Assembly (NCBI RefSeq): GCF_009914755.1
Contig: NC_060927.1
Length of the DNA: 64,000 nt
Reading direction: 5' to 3' (one strand)
From: the human T2T-CHM13v2.0 reference genome, Homo sapiens
Part shown: in pieces, positions 13,701 through 33,293 of the stretch
Layout of the letters: each line of letters starts with the position of its first letter
Position numbering within the stretch: position 1 is the first letter of the stretch
The notes under the pieces: generated by a model
What the model was told of the DNA's origin: nothing
The model's database searches: none
Seen by the model: only the letters and a program-made list of their open reading frames with translations
Program-made: the position numbers and the translations under genes

Positions 13701-14653
13701 ACTGGATGGAAACCGAGAAATGAGAGAACCAAAGAGAAATATAAAAAGATAAATTTAGTCATCACCACACACACAAAAAATGGAACAAGATCCTGTGCTT
13801 CTTCCTCCTTCTAGGCATACAGCAAACTGGGATAGTAGACTGTTTACTCTCACATTTTCCCTAAGTTCCCTGATTCATCAGTTTATCAGATGTTTACTGA
13901 ATGCACATGGGTACCAGGCTTTGAGCTAGGGAAAAGGGACAAGGCATGGTCATGCCCTTAGGGAAGTCTAGGTCTAGTGGAGAAGGCAGACATGTGAAGA
14001 GATCCCTACAATGAAGTGGAACCCAGGGTTTCACAGGTGCATTGGAGGTCCTCAAATGAGATTGTGTAATTCTTGATGGGTTGGAGACAATAAAGGAAGA
14101 GGAGATGATGATCAGGAAAGGCTCCCTAGGGAAAGAGATCTTCCAGGATGCATCTTGAAGAATGCATTGGGCAAAAGAGGAAAGGGCAATCTAAGGCAGA
14201 GGAAGCCAGGCTGCAGAAACACAAATCAAAGACTCTCTATGCAAGCTTATGGAACCTTATTCTGTAAGTTGTGGAGAACCACTAAAAATTTTTAAGTGGA
14301 AAAGGTGGGTTGATTATATTTATATTCAGAAGCTTTGCTTCTGTCCTCTGTGGATATAGCACTGCTGCAGGCAACTCCCCCAGCCACTTGTTACTGTTCA
14401 GTCTTAAAACATGCCCTGAAGCCTCTAGGAAAGGAGTCAAATGAGAAAACTTTGAAATTTTACAGGTTTGCTCTAGGTAGATTTTGCAGAGACTAGGTAC
14501 TTCCTGGATTCTGCAGTTCTATTAAAAAAAAAATCAGGAAGTCTGTTAGTATCTTGATTGAGACCTCACTTGTGTGAGTGCCTTGTGACCGAATGAGTCC
14601 CTTTTCCATCCCTCCTGATAAGTGAAACCCTGATGAATCCAAAGCTTTTATTA

Positions 14654-15290
<637 letters not shown>

Positions 15291-17091
15291 CTAGCTTCCA
15301 GATGACATTCTAGACATACCCTGGGCTAGAGGGAACCTGCTGCCTTGAAGGAAAGGACCAGTACCAGCAGCATTCATCGCCTGCTAACTGAAGAGTACTT
15401 GGACCCCAAATGAACAGCAGCGATACCTAGGTATTATGTCAAGGGCCTTGGGTGAGCCTCTGAGACTTGCCGGCTTTAGGTAAAATTCAGAGCATTACCA
15501 GCTGTGGTGGCTATGGGCAAACTCCTTCTGCTTGAGAAAGGCGAGGGAAAAGTAAAAGGGACTCTCTCTTGCATCTTATGTACCAGCAAGGCCACAGGGA
15601 GATACAGCACCAAGCAGGTTCTTGGGGTTCCCAATTCTAGAACTTGACTCTTAGACAGCATTTCTGGACCTGCCCTGGGCCAGAGGGGAGCCCAGTGCCC
15701 TAAAGAGGGACTCACAGGCCAGGCAGCATTCATAACAAACTGACTTAAGAGACCCTTCGGGCTTAAGGGAACATTGGTGGTAGTCTGACAGTACTCCTCA
15801 TGGCCTGGGGTGGCAGTGGCTACAAGGTGAGGCTCCTCTGCCTTTGGAAAAAGGAGGGAAGAGGAGTGGGAAGGACTGCATCTTGTGGTTTCAGTGCCAA
15901 TGCAGCCACAATACAACAGAACACCGGATAGATTTCTGAGGTTTTTGACTCCAGTTCCTGACTCCTGGAAGGCACCTCTGGGCCCACCTAGGGTCTATGA
16001 GATTTCACCGCCCTGAAAGGTGGGACCCAGGCATGGTTGGCTTTGCCACTTGCTGACTGTAGAGCCCCAGGGCCTTCAGCAAACATAGGCAGTAGCCAGG
16101 GAGTGGTCACAGTAGGCCTTAGGTGAGACTCAGCACTGTGCAGGCTTTGGATCTGACCCAGTGCAGTCATAGCAGTGGTGACTACAGGGGTGGTCTTCAC
16201 CCCCAGGTTTACGTGGCTTAGAACAGAGGAGAGAGAGAGAGAAACTCTGTATGTCAGAAGAAAGTAAGGGAAAAGAACAAGAGTCTTTGCCAGGTAATTC
16301 AGAGAATTCTCCTGGATCTTGTCCAAAATCATCAAGGTGGTACCTCTATGAGTCTGCAAGAACCACACTGTTACTAGGCTTGGAGTGCCCTCTAAAGCAG
16401 ACACAGCTGAGATCACAACACTCAAATTCTTTCAAATACCTAGAAAACCTTTCCAAGAAGGATGCCTACAAATAAGCTCAGACAGTGAAGACTGCAATAA
16501 ATACCTGATTTTTCAATGCTCAGACACTGAAGAACATCTACTAGCATCAACACCATCCAGGAAAACATTACCTCACCAGAGGAATTAAATAAGCCACCAG
16601 GGACCAATCCTGTAGAAACAGAGATATGTGACCTGTCAGACAGAGAATTCAAAATAGCTGTCTTGAGGAAACTCAAAGAAGTTCAACATAACACAGAGAA
16701 GGAATTCAGAATTCTATTAGATAAACATAACAAAGAGATTGAAATAATTTAGAAAAATCAAGCAGAAATTCTGGAGCTGAAAAATGCAATTGACATACCA
16801 AAGAATGCATCAGAGTTCTTTAATTGTGGACTTGATCAAGCAGACAAAAGAATTAGTGAGTTTGAAGACAGGCTATTTGAAAATATATAGTCAGAGGAGA
16901 AAAAAATTATAAAAAACAATGAAGAATGCCTACAGGATCTAGAAAATAGCCTCAAAAGGGCTAATCTAACAGTTATTGGCCTTAAAGAAGCGGTAGAGAA
17001 AGAGATAGGGGGTAGAAAGTTTATTCAAAGGCATAAAAACAGAACTTCCTAAACCTAGAGAAATATATCAATATCCAAATACAAAAGGTTA

Positions 17092-17532
<441 letters not shown>

Positions 17533-19275
17533 ATCCTAAAAGCAGCAAGAGAAAATAAATAACATACAATAGAGTTACAATACATCTGGCTGCAGACTTT
17601 TCAGTGGAAACCTCACAGTCCAGGAGAGAGAGGCATGACATATTTAAAGTGCTAAAGGAAAAAGAAACTCTTACCCTAAAATAGTATAACTGGCAAAAAT
17701 ATCTTTCAAACATGAAGGAGAAATAAAGACTTGCCCAGACAAACAAAAGCTGATGGACTTCCTCAATACCAGACTTGTCCTATAAGAAATGTTAAAGGGA
17801 ATACTTCAGTCAGAAAGAAAAGGACATTAATGAGAAATAAATAATCATCCGAAGGCACAAAACTCACTGGTAATAGTAAGTACAGAGAAAAACACAGAGC
17901 ATTATAACACCATAACTGTGTTTTGTAAACTACTCTTATCCTAAGTGGAAAGACTAAATGAGGAACCAATCAATAATACCTAAAACACCTTTTCAAGACA
18001 TAGTCAGTACAATAAGATATAAATAAAAATGACAAAAAGTTAAAAAGTGGGGGTATGAAGTTAAAGCATAAAGTTTTCATTAGTTTTCCTTTTGCTTGTT
18101 TGTTTATGCAAATAATGTTGCTATCAGGTTAAAATAATGGGTTATAAGATAGTATTTGCAAGCCTCATGGTAACCTCAAAGCAAAAGACATACGAAGAAT
18201 ACACAAAAAAATAAAAAGCAAGAAACTAAATCATATCACCAGAGAAAATCACCTTTACTAGGGGAAGACAGAAAGGAAAGAAAGTAGGAAGAGAAGACCA
18301 CAAAACAACCAGAAAACGAACAACAAAATGGGAGGAGTAAGTCCTAAAAATGACATTGAATGTACTTGGGCTAAATTCTCCAAAAGACAGACTGGCTGAA
18401 TAATGAAAAACAAGACCCACTGATCTGCTGTCTACAAGAAACACACTTCACCTACACGGACACACATAGACTGAAAATAAACGGATGGAAAAAGGCATTC
18501 CATGCTAATGGAAACCAAAAAAGAGCAGGAGTCACTATACTTACATCAGACAAAATAGATTTCAAGACAAAAACTATAAGAAGAGACAAAGAAGGTCATT
18601 CCATAATGACAAAGGGGTCAATTCAGCAAGAAGATATAACAATTTTAAACATATATATAACAAATTTAAACATATATGTTTAAACACTTAACAAAGGAGC
18701 ACCCAGATATATAAAGCAAATGTTATTAGAGGTAAAGAGAGAGCTAGGCCCCAATACAATAGTAGTGGGAGACATCAACACTCCACTTTCAGCATTAGAC
18801 AGATCTTCCAGATAGAAAATCAACAAAGAAACATGAGACTTAATCCGCACTACAGACAAAATAGATCTAACAGGTATTTACAGAACATTTCATCCAAGAG
18901 CTGCAGAATCCACATTCTTTTCCTTAGCACATGGGTCATTCTCAAGGACAGACCATATGTTAGGTCACAAAACAAGTCTTAAAACATTTTTAAAAATTGG
19001 AATAATAGGGGGAGGAGCCAAGATGGCCGAATAGGAACAGCTCCGGTCTACAGCTCCCAACGTGAGCGACGCAGAAGACGGGTGATTTCTGCATTTCCAT
19101 CTGAGGTACCGGGTTCATCTCACTAGGGAGTTACAGACAGTGGGCACAGGTCAGTGGGTGTGCGCACCGTGTGCGAGCCGAAGCAGGGCGAGGCATTGCC
19201 TCACTTGGGAAGCGCAAGGGGTCAGGGAGTGCCCTTTCCGAGTCAAAGAAAGGGGTGATGGACACACCTGGAAAA

Positions 19276-19458
19276 TCAGGTCACTCCCACCCGAATACTG
19301 CGCTTTTCGGACCGGCCTAAAAAACGGTGCACCACGAGATTATATCCCGCACCTGGCTCGGAGGGTCCTACGCCCATGGAGTCTCGCTGATTGCTAGCAC
19401 AGCAGTCTGAGATCAAACTGCAAGGCGGCAGCGAGGCTGGGGGAGGGGCGCCCGCCAT
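19276..19458 (-). pseudogene. L1 ORF0 truncated to 60 aa
   Basis: MAGAPPPASLPPCSLISDCC...IRVGVT* (CGA>TGA). Confidence 0.85.
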
Positions 19459-19913
19459 TGCCCAGGCTTGCTTAGGTAAACAAAGCAGCCAGGAAGCTCA
19501 AACTGGGTGGAGCCCACCACAGCTCAAGGAGGCCTGCCTGCATCTGTAGGCTCCACCTCTGGGGGCAGGGCACAGACAAACAAAAAGACAGCAGTAACCT
19601 CTGCAGACTTAAATGTCCCTGTCTGACAGCTTTGAAGAGAGCAGTGGTTCTCCCAGCACGCAGCTGGAGATCTGAGAACGGGCAGACTGCCTCCTCAAGT
19701 GGGTCCCTGACCCCTGACCCCTGAGCAGCCTAACTGGGAGGCACCCCCCAGCAGGGGCACACTGACACCTCACACGGCAGGGTATTCCAATAGACCTGCA
19801 GCTGAGGGTCCTGTCTGTTAGAAGGAAAACTAACAAACAGAAAGGACATCCACACCAAAAACCCATCTGTACATCATCATCATCAAAGACCAAAAGTAGA
19901 TAAAACCACAAAG

Positions 19914-20930
19914 ATAGGGAAAAAACAGAACAGAAAAACTGGAAACTCTAAAACGCAGAACGCCTCTCCTCCTCCAAAGGAACGGAGTTCCTCACCAGCA
20001 ACGGAACAAAGCTGGATGGAGAATGACTTTGACGAGCTGAGAGAAGAAGGCTTCAGACGATCAAATTACTCTGAGCTATGGGATGACATTCAAACCAAAG
20101 GCAAAGAAGTTGAAAACTTTGAAAAAAATTTAGAAGAATGTATAACTAGAATAACCAATACAGAGAAGTGCTTAAAGGAGCTGATGGAGCTGAAAACCAA
20201 GGCTCGAGAACTACGTGAAGAATACAGAAGCCTTAGGAGCCGATGCGATCAACTGGAAGAAAGGGTATCAGCGATAGAAGATGAAATGAATGAAATGAAG
20301 CGAGAAGGGAAGTTTAGAGAAAAAAGAATAAAAAGAAACGAGTAAAGCCTCCAAGAAATATGGGACTATGTGAAAAGACCAAATCTACATCTGATTGGTG
20401 TACCTGAAAGTGATGGGGAGAATGGAACCAAGTTGGAAAACACTCTGCAGGATATTATCCAGGAGAACTTCCCCAATCTACCAAGGCAGGCCAACGTTCA
20501 GATTCAGGAAATACAGAAAACGCCACAAAGATACTCCTCGAGAAGAGCAACTCCAAGACACATAATTGTCAGATTCACCAAAGTTCAAATGAAGGAAAAA
20601 ATGTTAAGGGCAGCCAGAGAGAAAGGTCGGGTTACCCTCAAAGGGAAGCCCACCAGACTAACAGCGGATCTCTCGGCAGAAACCCTACAAGCCAGAAGAG
20701 AGTGGGGGCCAATATTCAACATTCTTAAAGAAAAGAATTTTCAACCCAGAATTTCATATCCAGCCAAACTAAGCTTCATAAGTGAAGGAGAAATAAAATA
20801 ATTTGCAAACAAGCAAATGCTGAGAGATTTTGTCACCACCAGGCCTGCCCTAAAAGAGCTCCTGAAGGAAGCGCTAAACATGGAAAGGAACAACCAGTAC
20901 CAGCTACTGCAAAATCATGCCAAAATGTAA
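19914..20930 (+). pseudogene. L1 ORF1p, disrupted
   Basis: ATG>ATA at 19914; premature TAA at 20343 and 20799; ORF track fragments 20016 and 20370. Confidence 0.9.
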
Positions 20931-20978
20931 AGACCATCGAGACTAGGAAGAAAGTGCATCAACTAACGAGCAAAATAA

Positions 20979-24817
<3,839 letters not shown>

Positions 24818-27800
24818 ACAATGAGATCACATGGACACAGGAAGGGGAATATCACACTCTGGGGACTGTGGTGGGGTGGGGGGAGGGGGGAGGGATAGCA
24901 TTGGGAGATATACCTAATGCTAGATGACGAGTTAGTGGGTGCAGTGCACCAGCATGGCACATGTATACATATGTAACTAACCTGCACAATGTGCACATGT
25001 ACCCTAAAACTTAAAGTATTAAAAAAAAAAAAAGACAAAAAAATGGAATAATATCAAGCATCTTCTCTGAGCACAATGCAATAAAACTAAAAATTAATAA
25101 TGAGAAATTTTGGAAACTATACAAATACATGGAAATTAAACAATATGTTCCTGAATAACCACTGGTTCAAAAAGAAATTAAGAAGAAAATTTTAAAATTT
25201 CTACAGGATCTAGAAAACGATAATGGAAATATAACTTACCAAAACCTACAGGATACAGCAAAAGCAGCACTCAGAGGGAAGTCTAGAGCTATAAGTGCCT
25301 ACATTTAAAAAGAGGAAAAACTTCAAATAAACAATCTAACAATGCATCTTAAAGAACCAGAAAAGCAAAGGAAACCAAACCCAAAATTAGTAGAAAAAAA
25401 TAAATAATAAAGATCAGAGCACAAATAAACAACATTAGAGTGGGAAAAATTACAAAGGATCAATAAAACAAAAAGTTAGTGTTTTCTAATGTAAACAAAA
25501 TTGACAAACCTTTAGCCAGACTAAGAAAAAAGAGAGAAGATCCAAATAAATAAAATGAGAAATGAAAAAAGAGACATTACAACTGATATTGCAGCAATTC
25601 GAAGGACCATTAGTGGCTACCATGAGCAACTACATGCCAATAAATTGGAAAATCTAGAAGAAATTGACAAATTTCTAGATATATAAAACCTACCAAGATT
25701 GAACCAGGAAGAAATCCAAAACCCAAACAAATTGATAACAAGTAATGAGATCAAAGCTGTAATAAAAAAGTCTCTCGGTAGAGAAAAGCCTGCAAACTGA
25801 TGGCTTCACTGCTGAATTCTACCAAACATTTAAAGAATGACTTACACCAATCCTACTCAAACTATTCCAGAAAATAGAGGAAGAAGGAACACTTCCAAAC
25901 TCTTTCTATGAAGCCAGTATTACCTTGACACAAAAACCAGAAAAAGACACAAAAAAAGAAAATGACAGGCCAATATCTGTGATGAATATTGATGCAAAAA
26001 TCCGTAACAAAATACTAGCAAACCAATTCAGCAATACATTAGAAAGATCATTCATTATGACTAAGTGGGATTTATCACCCATGGATGGTCCAACATATGC
26101 AAATCAATCAGTATGATACATCATATCAATAGAATAAAGAATAAAAAACATATGATAATTTCAATTGATGCTGAAAAAGTATTTGATAAAATTTAACATC
26201 CCTTTATGATAAAACTGAGGCTAGAAGGAACATACCTCAAAGTAATAAAAGTCATATACAACAGACCCACAGCTAGTATCATATTGAATGGGGGAAAAAC
26301 TGGAAAGCCTTTCCTCTAAGATCTGGAACATGATGAGGGTGCCCACTGTCACCATTGTTATTCACCATAGTACTGAAAGTTCTAGCTAGAGCAATCAGAC
26401 AAGAGAAAGATATAAAGGGCATCCAAATTGAAAAGGAAGAAGTCAAATTATCCTTGTTTAAGGATGATATGATCTTATATTTAGAAAAAACTAAAGACTC
26501 CACAAGAAAATTAGTAGAACTGATAAACAAATTCAGCAAAGTTGCAGGATACAAAATCAACATACAAAAATCAGTAGCATTTCAATATGTCAACAGTGAA
26601 CAATGTGAAAAAAATTAAAGTAATCCTATTTACAATAGCCACATATTAAGCTCTCTATAATGAAAACTATAAAACACTGATGAAGGAAATTGAAAAGGAC
26701 ACCGAACAATGAAAAATATTCCATATTCATGGATTGGAAGACTCAATGTCATTAAAATATCCACACTACCCAAAGCAATCTACAGATTCGATGCAATCCC
26801 TATCAAAATACCAATGACATTCTTCACAGAAACAGAAAAAATAATCCTAAAATTTATATGGAACCACAAAAGACCCAGAGTAGCCAAAGGTATCCTAAGC
26901 AAAAAGAACAAACCCAGAGGAATCACATTACCTGACTTCAAATTATATTACAGAGCTATAGTAACCAAAACAGCATGGTACTGGCATGAAAACAGACACA
27001 CAGATCAATGGAACACAATAGAAAATGCAGAAACAAATCCACACACCTACAGTGAACTCATTTTCAACAAAAGTGCCAAGAACATATGCTAAGGAAAAGA
27101 CAGTCTCTTCAATAAGCAGTACTGGGAAAACTGGGTATCTATATACAAGATAAAGAAAATAGACCCCTACCTCTCGCCATATACAAAAATCAAATTAAAA
27201 TGAATTAAAGACAAATCTAAGATGTTAAGCTATAAAATGACTACAAGAAAATATTGGAAATTTCCAGGACATTGGTCTAGGCAAAATTTTTTTGAGAAAT
27301 ACCCACAAGCACGGGCAACCAAAGCAAAAACAGACAAATGGGATCACATCAAGTTAAAAGGCTTCTGCACAGCAAAGGAAACAATGAACAAAGTGAAGAG
27401 ACAACACACAGAATGGGAGAAAATATTTGCAAATGACCCCTCTGACAAGGGATTAGTAACCAGAATATATAAGGAACTCAAACAACTCTATAGAAAAAAA
27501 TCTAATAATCTGATCAAAAAATGGGCAACAGATTTTAATAGACATTTCTCAAAAGAAGACATACAAATGGAAAACAGGCATATGAAAAGGTGCTCAACAT
27601 CATTGATCATCAGAGAAATGCAAATCAAAACTACAATGAGATATCATCTCACCCCAGTTAAAATGGCTTTTATCCAAAAGACAGGCAAAATCAAATGCTG
27701 ATGAGGATGTGGAGAAAAGGGAACCATTGTACACTGTTGGTGGGAATATAAATTAGCATAACTACTATGGAGAACAGTTTGGAAGTGCCTCAAAAAACTA

Positions 27801-28821
27801 AAAATTGAGCTATCATATGATCCAGCAATACCACTTCTAGGTATATACCCAAAAGAAAGGAAATCATTATATCAAAGAGATCTCTGCACTCCTATGTGTG
27901 TTGCAGCACTGCTTACCTTAGCTAAGATTTGGAAGCAACCTAAGTGTCTATCAATAGATGAATGGATAAAGAAAATGTGGTACATATACACAATGGAGTA
28001 CTATTCAGCCATAAAAAGAATGAGATCGTCATTTACAACAACATGGATGGAACTGGAGATCATTAGGTTAAGTGAAATAAGCCAGACACAGAAAAACAAA
28101 CATTGCATGTTCTCACTTATTTGTGGGATCTAAAAATCAAAACAATTGAATTCATGGATATAGAGAGTAGGATAGTTACATAGGCTGGGAAGTGTAGTGG
28201 GAGACTGGGAGTAGGGAGGTGAAGATGGCTAATTAATACAAAAAAAATAGAAAGAATGAATAAGACCTACTATGTGATAGCACAACAGGATGACTATAGT
28301 CAATAATAACTTAACTGTATATTTTAAAATAAAGAGTGTAATTGGATTGTTCGTAAGTCAATGGGTAAGTCAAAGGATAAATGCTTGAGGAAATGGATAC
28401 TCCATTCTCCATGATGTGCTTATTTCACATTGCATGCCTATATCAAAACATCTCATGTACTCCATACATATATGCACCTACTGTGTACCCACACAAATTA
28501 AATAATAAAAAAATTTAAAAAGGAAGAGGATTTAAATTCAATATTAACCAAGAAATAATATGTGTTTTTTGTTTTTTTTAAAGGGAAAGCATCAGCTAAA
28601 TGAATGTGCTAATGGATTACACTTAATGTAATTAAGCTTATTTAATTAAATTAATAATTACTCTGAGCCTCAGTTTTTTCATGTGTGAAATGAACTTGAT
28701 TTAATCCCAGTCCATTATCAAATTTGCTTATCAAATATTTCCATTTAAGAACTTTAAGGAGCAAAGGAAAATGAGTATTTCCTGGGACAGCCAGAAGTAC
28801 TGTGCATCCAACCTATTTTCT

Positions 28822-28944
28822 TCTTTTGGGAGGGGGGTACATATGATAATTTAGTACATTCATATAATTTATAAAGAACAAATCACTGTACCTGGGATAT
28901 CTAACACCTTAAATATTTGTCTTTTCTTTGTGCTAGAAACATTC
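28822..28944 (-). mobile_element. Severely 5'-truncated L1MA 3' end
   Basis: Perfect 14-bp TSD CCAACCTATTTTCT at 28808-28821 and 28945-28958; L1MA-like GGGTACATATGATAATTT...CACCTTAAATATTTGTC. Confidence 0.75.
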
Positions 28945-29494
28945 CCAACCTATTTTCTGAAATTGCTTGTATTTCACTTCCCACAATTTTGGGGATCTCA
29001 TAATTCTAGTCCATAAAATGTCAGTGTTTACCCTAAAGGAACAAAACAAAACAAATGTAAACTCCTGGATTTGTTTTAGAACAAAGATACCGTCAAATCC
29101 TAAAGGGCAGCTAAATTCTATTCTTTGGCAAGTGAATTTTAACAGCTGTACAGCATGTCAATCCCTTCTAAAACAAGGATACCTTAAAAACAAACCAAGG
29201 TCTAAGGATAGAATTAGGAGATTCAGAACTCCCAAGAAAACAAAAATGCCTTGGGCTCACTAAGGGCATAGAAATGGTCACTTACCCTTTCATCATTACA
29301 CATCAGCCCCCAACCAGACTCCCAGTGCCTGTCCAGAAAATAAAGGACCCCCAACCTTGGGGAAAAGCTCAGAGTTGGGGACCAAGGGAACCAGGGACCA
29401 AGTGTTCTCCTCTGCACTCTTCCCTCACATTGCAAAGCTTCAGACAATTTCACTTGCCAAACATAACCTCTCACTTGCCTTCCCCACGTAGCTC

Positions 29495-29562
29495 CCCCAC
29501 CCACGACCACCACCACCACCACCACTACCACCGCTTCCCTCCCACCACCCACCACCACAACC
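29495..29562. repeat. (CAC)n / (GGT)n low-complexity tract
   Basis: CACGACCACCACCACCACCACCACTACCACC... Confidence 0.85.
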
Positions 29563-29824
29563 AGTTCAGAAGGCTTATTTTTAAACTTGCAATAGCAATG
29601 CCAAATGCAAGGAAACTCATTACATTTGATTTTCTTTCAAGTCGCCTCACAAATATGCTCTTTAAAGCATAAGGAAAACACTCAGAGACATAAATTGCTG
29701 CTTAAAACTGTCCTCTGTGATAGCTTTCTATTTTGTCGCAAACACATGGAAAGGATGTCAGAGTGCTGAGTGCTTTAACTCAATAGTCATCATATGAATT
29801 TCAATTGTAAAAAAAGTTCACCAA

Positions 29825-30912
29825 GTGTTTAAAAATGTGTTTTAATTATATTTTCATGAATTCCAGGAAGAACATCATTGCAGTTAATGTTACAAAAAAA
29901 AAAAACAAAGAGGGACATCTGAACATGCAATAAAAAAGTGAATTCACAGTGAAAATAATGCATGTCAGTACTAAAATAGAGTTGCTTGGTTCCCTGAAGG
30001 AAAAGGGTTTCTTCTAATTATCTGTTCACTTGGATTTTATTATGAGAAAATATTCTGTGAAAGCTTTGGGGAAGTTTTCAATTTGTGCTACTATTATCAT
30101 TAGAGTCTGATGGAAGTCCCTCATTCTGAAAGCCGTTGTTCGCAGTCTGTAATTCAATCAGAAAATTCAAAAGTACAACAGGTAGTTTGGCAACTCGCTT
30201 CTTGTTACATACAAAGCCATTAGCAAAAATATGTAACAAAATTTATGTAAAACAAACAATTTTGTCCTTATGTACAAAAGACAGCCTTCTTCCTCACACC
30301 CTCACGGCCTATTCCAAAAAGTGGGAAGGGCATGGGGAGCAGCTATCCATCCCCTTTCAACTCTCATTATGGGTGGGATAAGAACATCCTAAAAGGCAAG
30401 GTAACTATTTTAAAGTTTTTAAAACTGAGTTATAAAAATGCATCTGGGCTTCTGAACAAAGAGGGAAACATAGGAAAAATGATAACAGATTAAAGTAAGG
30501 AATTCATCCCTTTGTCGTTTGCAAAGTCTCTTAATCAACTCAACAGTTAGAGAGTAAAAATGACTACATTTGTGACTGCAATCTGAGGACACAGTAAAGG
30601 ACATCTTGGTGAAACACACACACATTATAACCCGAGCTGCTGAGGAGTTTCACATCTAGGGCATGCACATATTTCATACTGATACAGTTTACAACAACTC
30701 AAGGGAGAAAGATCATAATAGGTACATGGGAAATGTCACCAAATCTATATACAAACGCATTAACAGGGAGAACACATGAAGTCAAAGGGAGACCCAAATA
30801 CAAGTTTAAAAATACATTTGAAAATCATTCCAAAGCCAAGGAACTTATTTACTGAAAACTCTGACATTCTACAGAATACCTTGAAAACCTTAAGAATGCA
30901 GTTTTAAATAAT
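29825..30912 (-). other. PLCH1: PLCH1 3' UTR (end approximate)
   Basis: Repeat-free AT-rich sequence between the stop codon and the poly(A) signals. Confidence 0.6.
29841..29846 (-). terminator. PLCH1: Candidate PLCH1 poly(A) signal ATTAAA (alternative AATAAA at 30036-30041)
   Basis: TTTAAT on + strand ~1.07 kb after the stop, with a U-rich downstream element (+ strand AAAAAAAAG at ~29809). Confidence 0.55.
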
Positions 30913-32996
30913 TCACAGTCTCAAAAGAAAATAAATTTCTGGTTTATCATCACTGCTTGGCTCAGTCTGCAAAACAGAATTATCTGAACAAAACTGGTCA
31001 ACGTGGCCATAGTGAAGAGCCGTGCATGCCCCCTCTGGGATGCCCCGGCCTTCAAGGCCACCCCCTTTCGTGTTCTTCAGGTAGCCTGCGATGTAGGAGC
31101 CGGTGGAGTGGCGATTCACTGCAGGGGTGGGTGCTGAGGGTTTGTTTCTAAGAACCACTCCTGCCCCATTGCTGGGGTTTGGAACTTTCTGCTTGTTGGC
31201 TTCCTGTTTCTCCTTGGCACGACTAGCAATATTGCGCACTCTGCTCTGACTTCTGGATGACAACTTCCTGACCAGTGCCCGGGGGAGCTGATTGGCATCC
31301 TGCTTTGAATATAGCACTTGGCAGTTGTCTTCCTGGTCAAAGGACACAAGCTTCCGAAGCTGCTCGGTCAGGGCATCTATAGGCTCTAACGACTTTGTCT
31401 TCACAGTCACGCCCTTCTTGTCTCTAATGCCAGTTGTAACAAAACTCTTACTAATACACTGGTACTTGCTCTCAAAATTGCAGGCAATGTCCTCTGATGT
31501 TAAGTCCCCCAGACTTTTGGATTTGCAAGGACTAGGCAGTTTCAGAGCAGGCAAAGGAAGATGTGCCAACTGCTTGGGTACAGGGACATGCATATCTTGA
31601 GCACTAGATTGCTGGGGCACACAGGTCTGGAACATTTTTGCATCTGAATCTGAGAAATGATTATGCACAAAGCCAGCACCCTGATAGGCTAGATAAGAAA
31701 TACTTTGAGTTTTGACATCTTGAATATTGTTGAATATTTCAGGGACAGAAGGGCGGAGGGTCTCTTTACAGTAGCCGTTTCTCAAACCTCTTTGAAAGTG
31801 TTCTACCACACCCTGATTGTACTTGAGTTTTAAAGGAGAAGCAAGTTGACTTGTGCCCTCTCTCCTATATTCACAGGTTGTTAGAGAAAGATTTTCTGAT
31901 TCTCCATCAATTTCCACAAGGCTGCTCTCCCCAGAATTGAAACAGAGAGTGGGATCAGCTATTACATCCTCCAGGGTCAAATCAGGGGAAGAGGCAGGGC
32001 TGCAGCTCTTCAGTGTTTCCCAGTCTTCTCCCTTGGTAGGACTTTTTGGTAACCAGCCACGAGAAGTATTAGGGGATCCAGGCAGGTTGCTTTCTAAGGC
32101 CGCTGTCTTGGCCTTACTAGAAAGGTCATCATCTGGTTTGGTTTTAGAGATGGGAGTGCAGGTAGTTTCATAAACTGTGTTCGTTGCATGTTTGGTGGTC
32201 TCAGAACTCGAGAGTGCTATCAGCTCCGGAGATGAGCACAGGAAGGAAGACTTGGATTTTCCCTTGCAAAAACCATGCTTGATGGGCATTTTTAGGCCCA
32301 GGCTAGGCAAGGGACAATGGCCTGACATCACACTGGTATTATGAAGATGAGAAACAACTGTGAGAGCCTGATTGTTGGTCTCATCAAACTGGCCAATCAG
32401 GGCTGAGATGGAACTGCCCGGCTCATTCTCATTTGTTAAAGTGACATTGTCAATAAGATGGGAAATTACACTCTCCTGCAGAATTGCAGTTGAATGTAGG
32501 TCAGGTATGTCAGAACAGAGCATGGAGACGTCTGACAAAGAAAAGGATGTTGCAGCTCGGCCCTTACCCCTATTACCTTCCAGGTTCTTAATTTCTAGGT
32601 TGCTATGAGAAAGGACGCTTCCTGACAAGATGCTTTTCCCTTCCACAAAGTCCTCAGGATTACCCTTTTCCTTGATTTTCACACCATGCAGATCTTGTGT
32701 GGGGTTAACTACAGGATCTGGAGCCAAATGCTGCTTTGGGGAGAGAGACTTGCTGGGACAGGGGTTTTCCTGGCAATTGCTTGTGGCATTTGATGTGGTT
32801 CTCCCACCCCTAGGACTTGACATGCCCAGCTGTTCTCCTGTGACTGACATGTGGGCAGTAGATACAATGGTGTCCCCTTGGCTGGTATCTTTGTGGAGCA
32901 GAGCACTGGAGGAGGATGATAACTTTTTGTTGAAATTTAGAAAATGTGGATCTTTTATACTTGCTTTCCCTTTTCTTCTGCCATCTTTATCTTCTG
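30913..32996 (-). CDS. PLCH1: PLCH1 terminal coding exon (long Ser-rich C-terminal tail, ends EIYFLLRL*)
   Basis: ORF 30913..33009; acceptor ccttcag|CAGAAG; 2084 nt = 2 + 694 codons, in phase with the upstream exon (ENSL-A-EDKDG); recognisable PLC-eta1 tail incl. KSKSLGDLT. Confidence 0.95.
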
Positions 32997-33293
32997 CTGA
33001 AGGAGACAAACAATATTTTAGGTGACATCTATCACTTTATGTAGGACCTGCAAACACTCATGTTGTCTTCGGACAGACAAATGGAGAATGTAAATCTGTT
33101 ACACTGTGACAGAATATAATTATGGATTGCATAGGTTTGCAACAAAGTGTCTGTGTGATGAATAAATGGTAAAATATATTTATAGGAATTTCACTGGAGC
33201 TTCCCTTTGAATATCTATTACATCTGCTAAGGATGTAATATTCATTGTCAAAAAAATGTCAATGAGTTACCATACTTTTACAGTGAGGATTAC

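Noticed and set aside
15476-16676. 78-146 aa minus-strand ORFs
   Set aside because: Antisense frames of the L1MA 5' UTR and ORF1 start.
29274-29672. 132-aa His/Pro-rich ORF antisense to the PLCH1 end
   Set aside because: The poly-His comes from the (CAC)n tract; no splice or homology support.
30957-33025. Series of + strand ORFs over the last PLCH1 exon
   Set aside because: Short shadow frames of the real minus-strand CDS.
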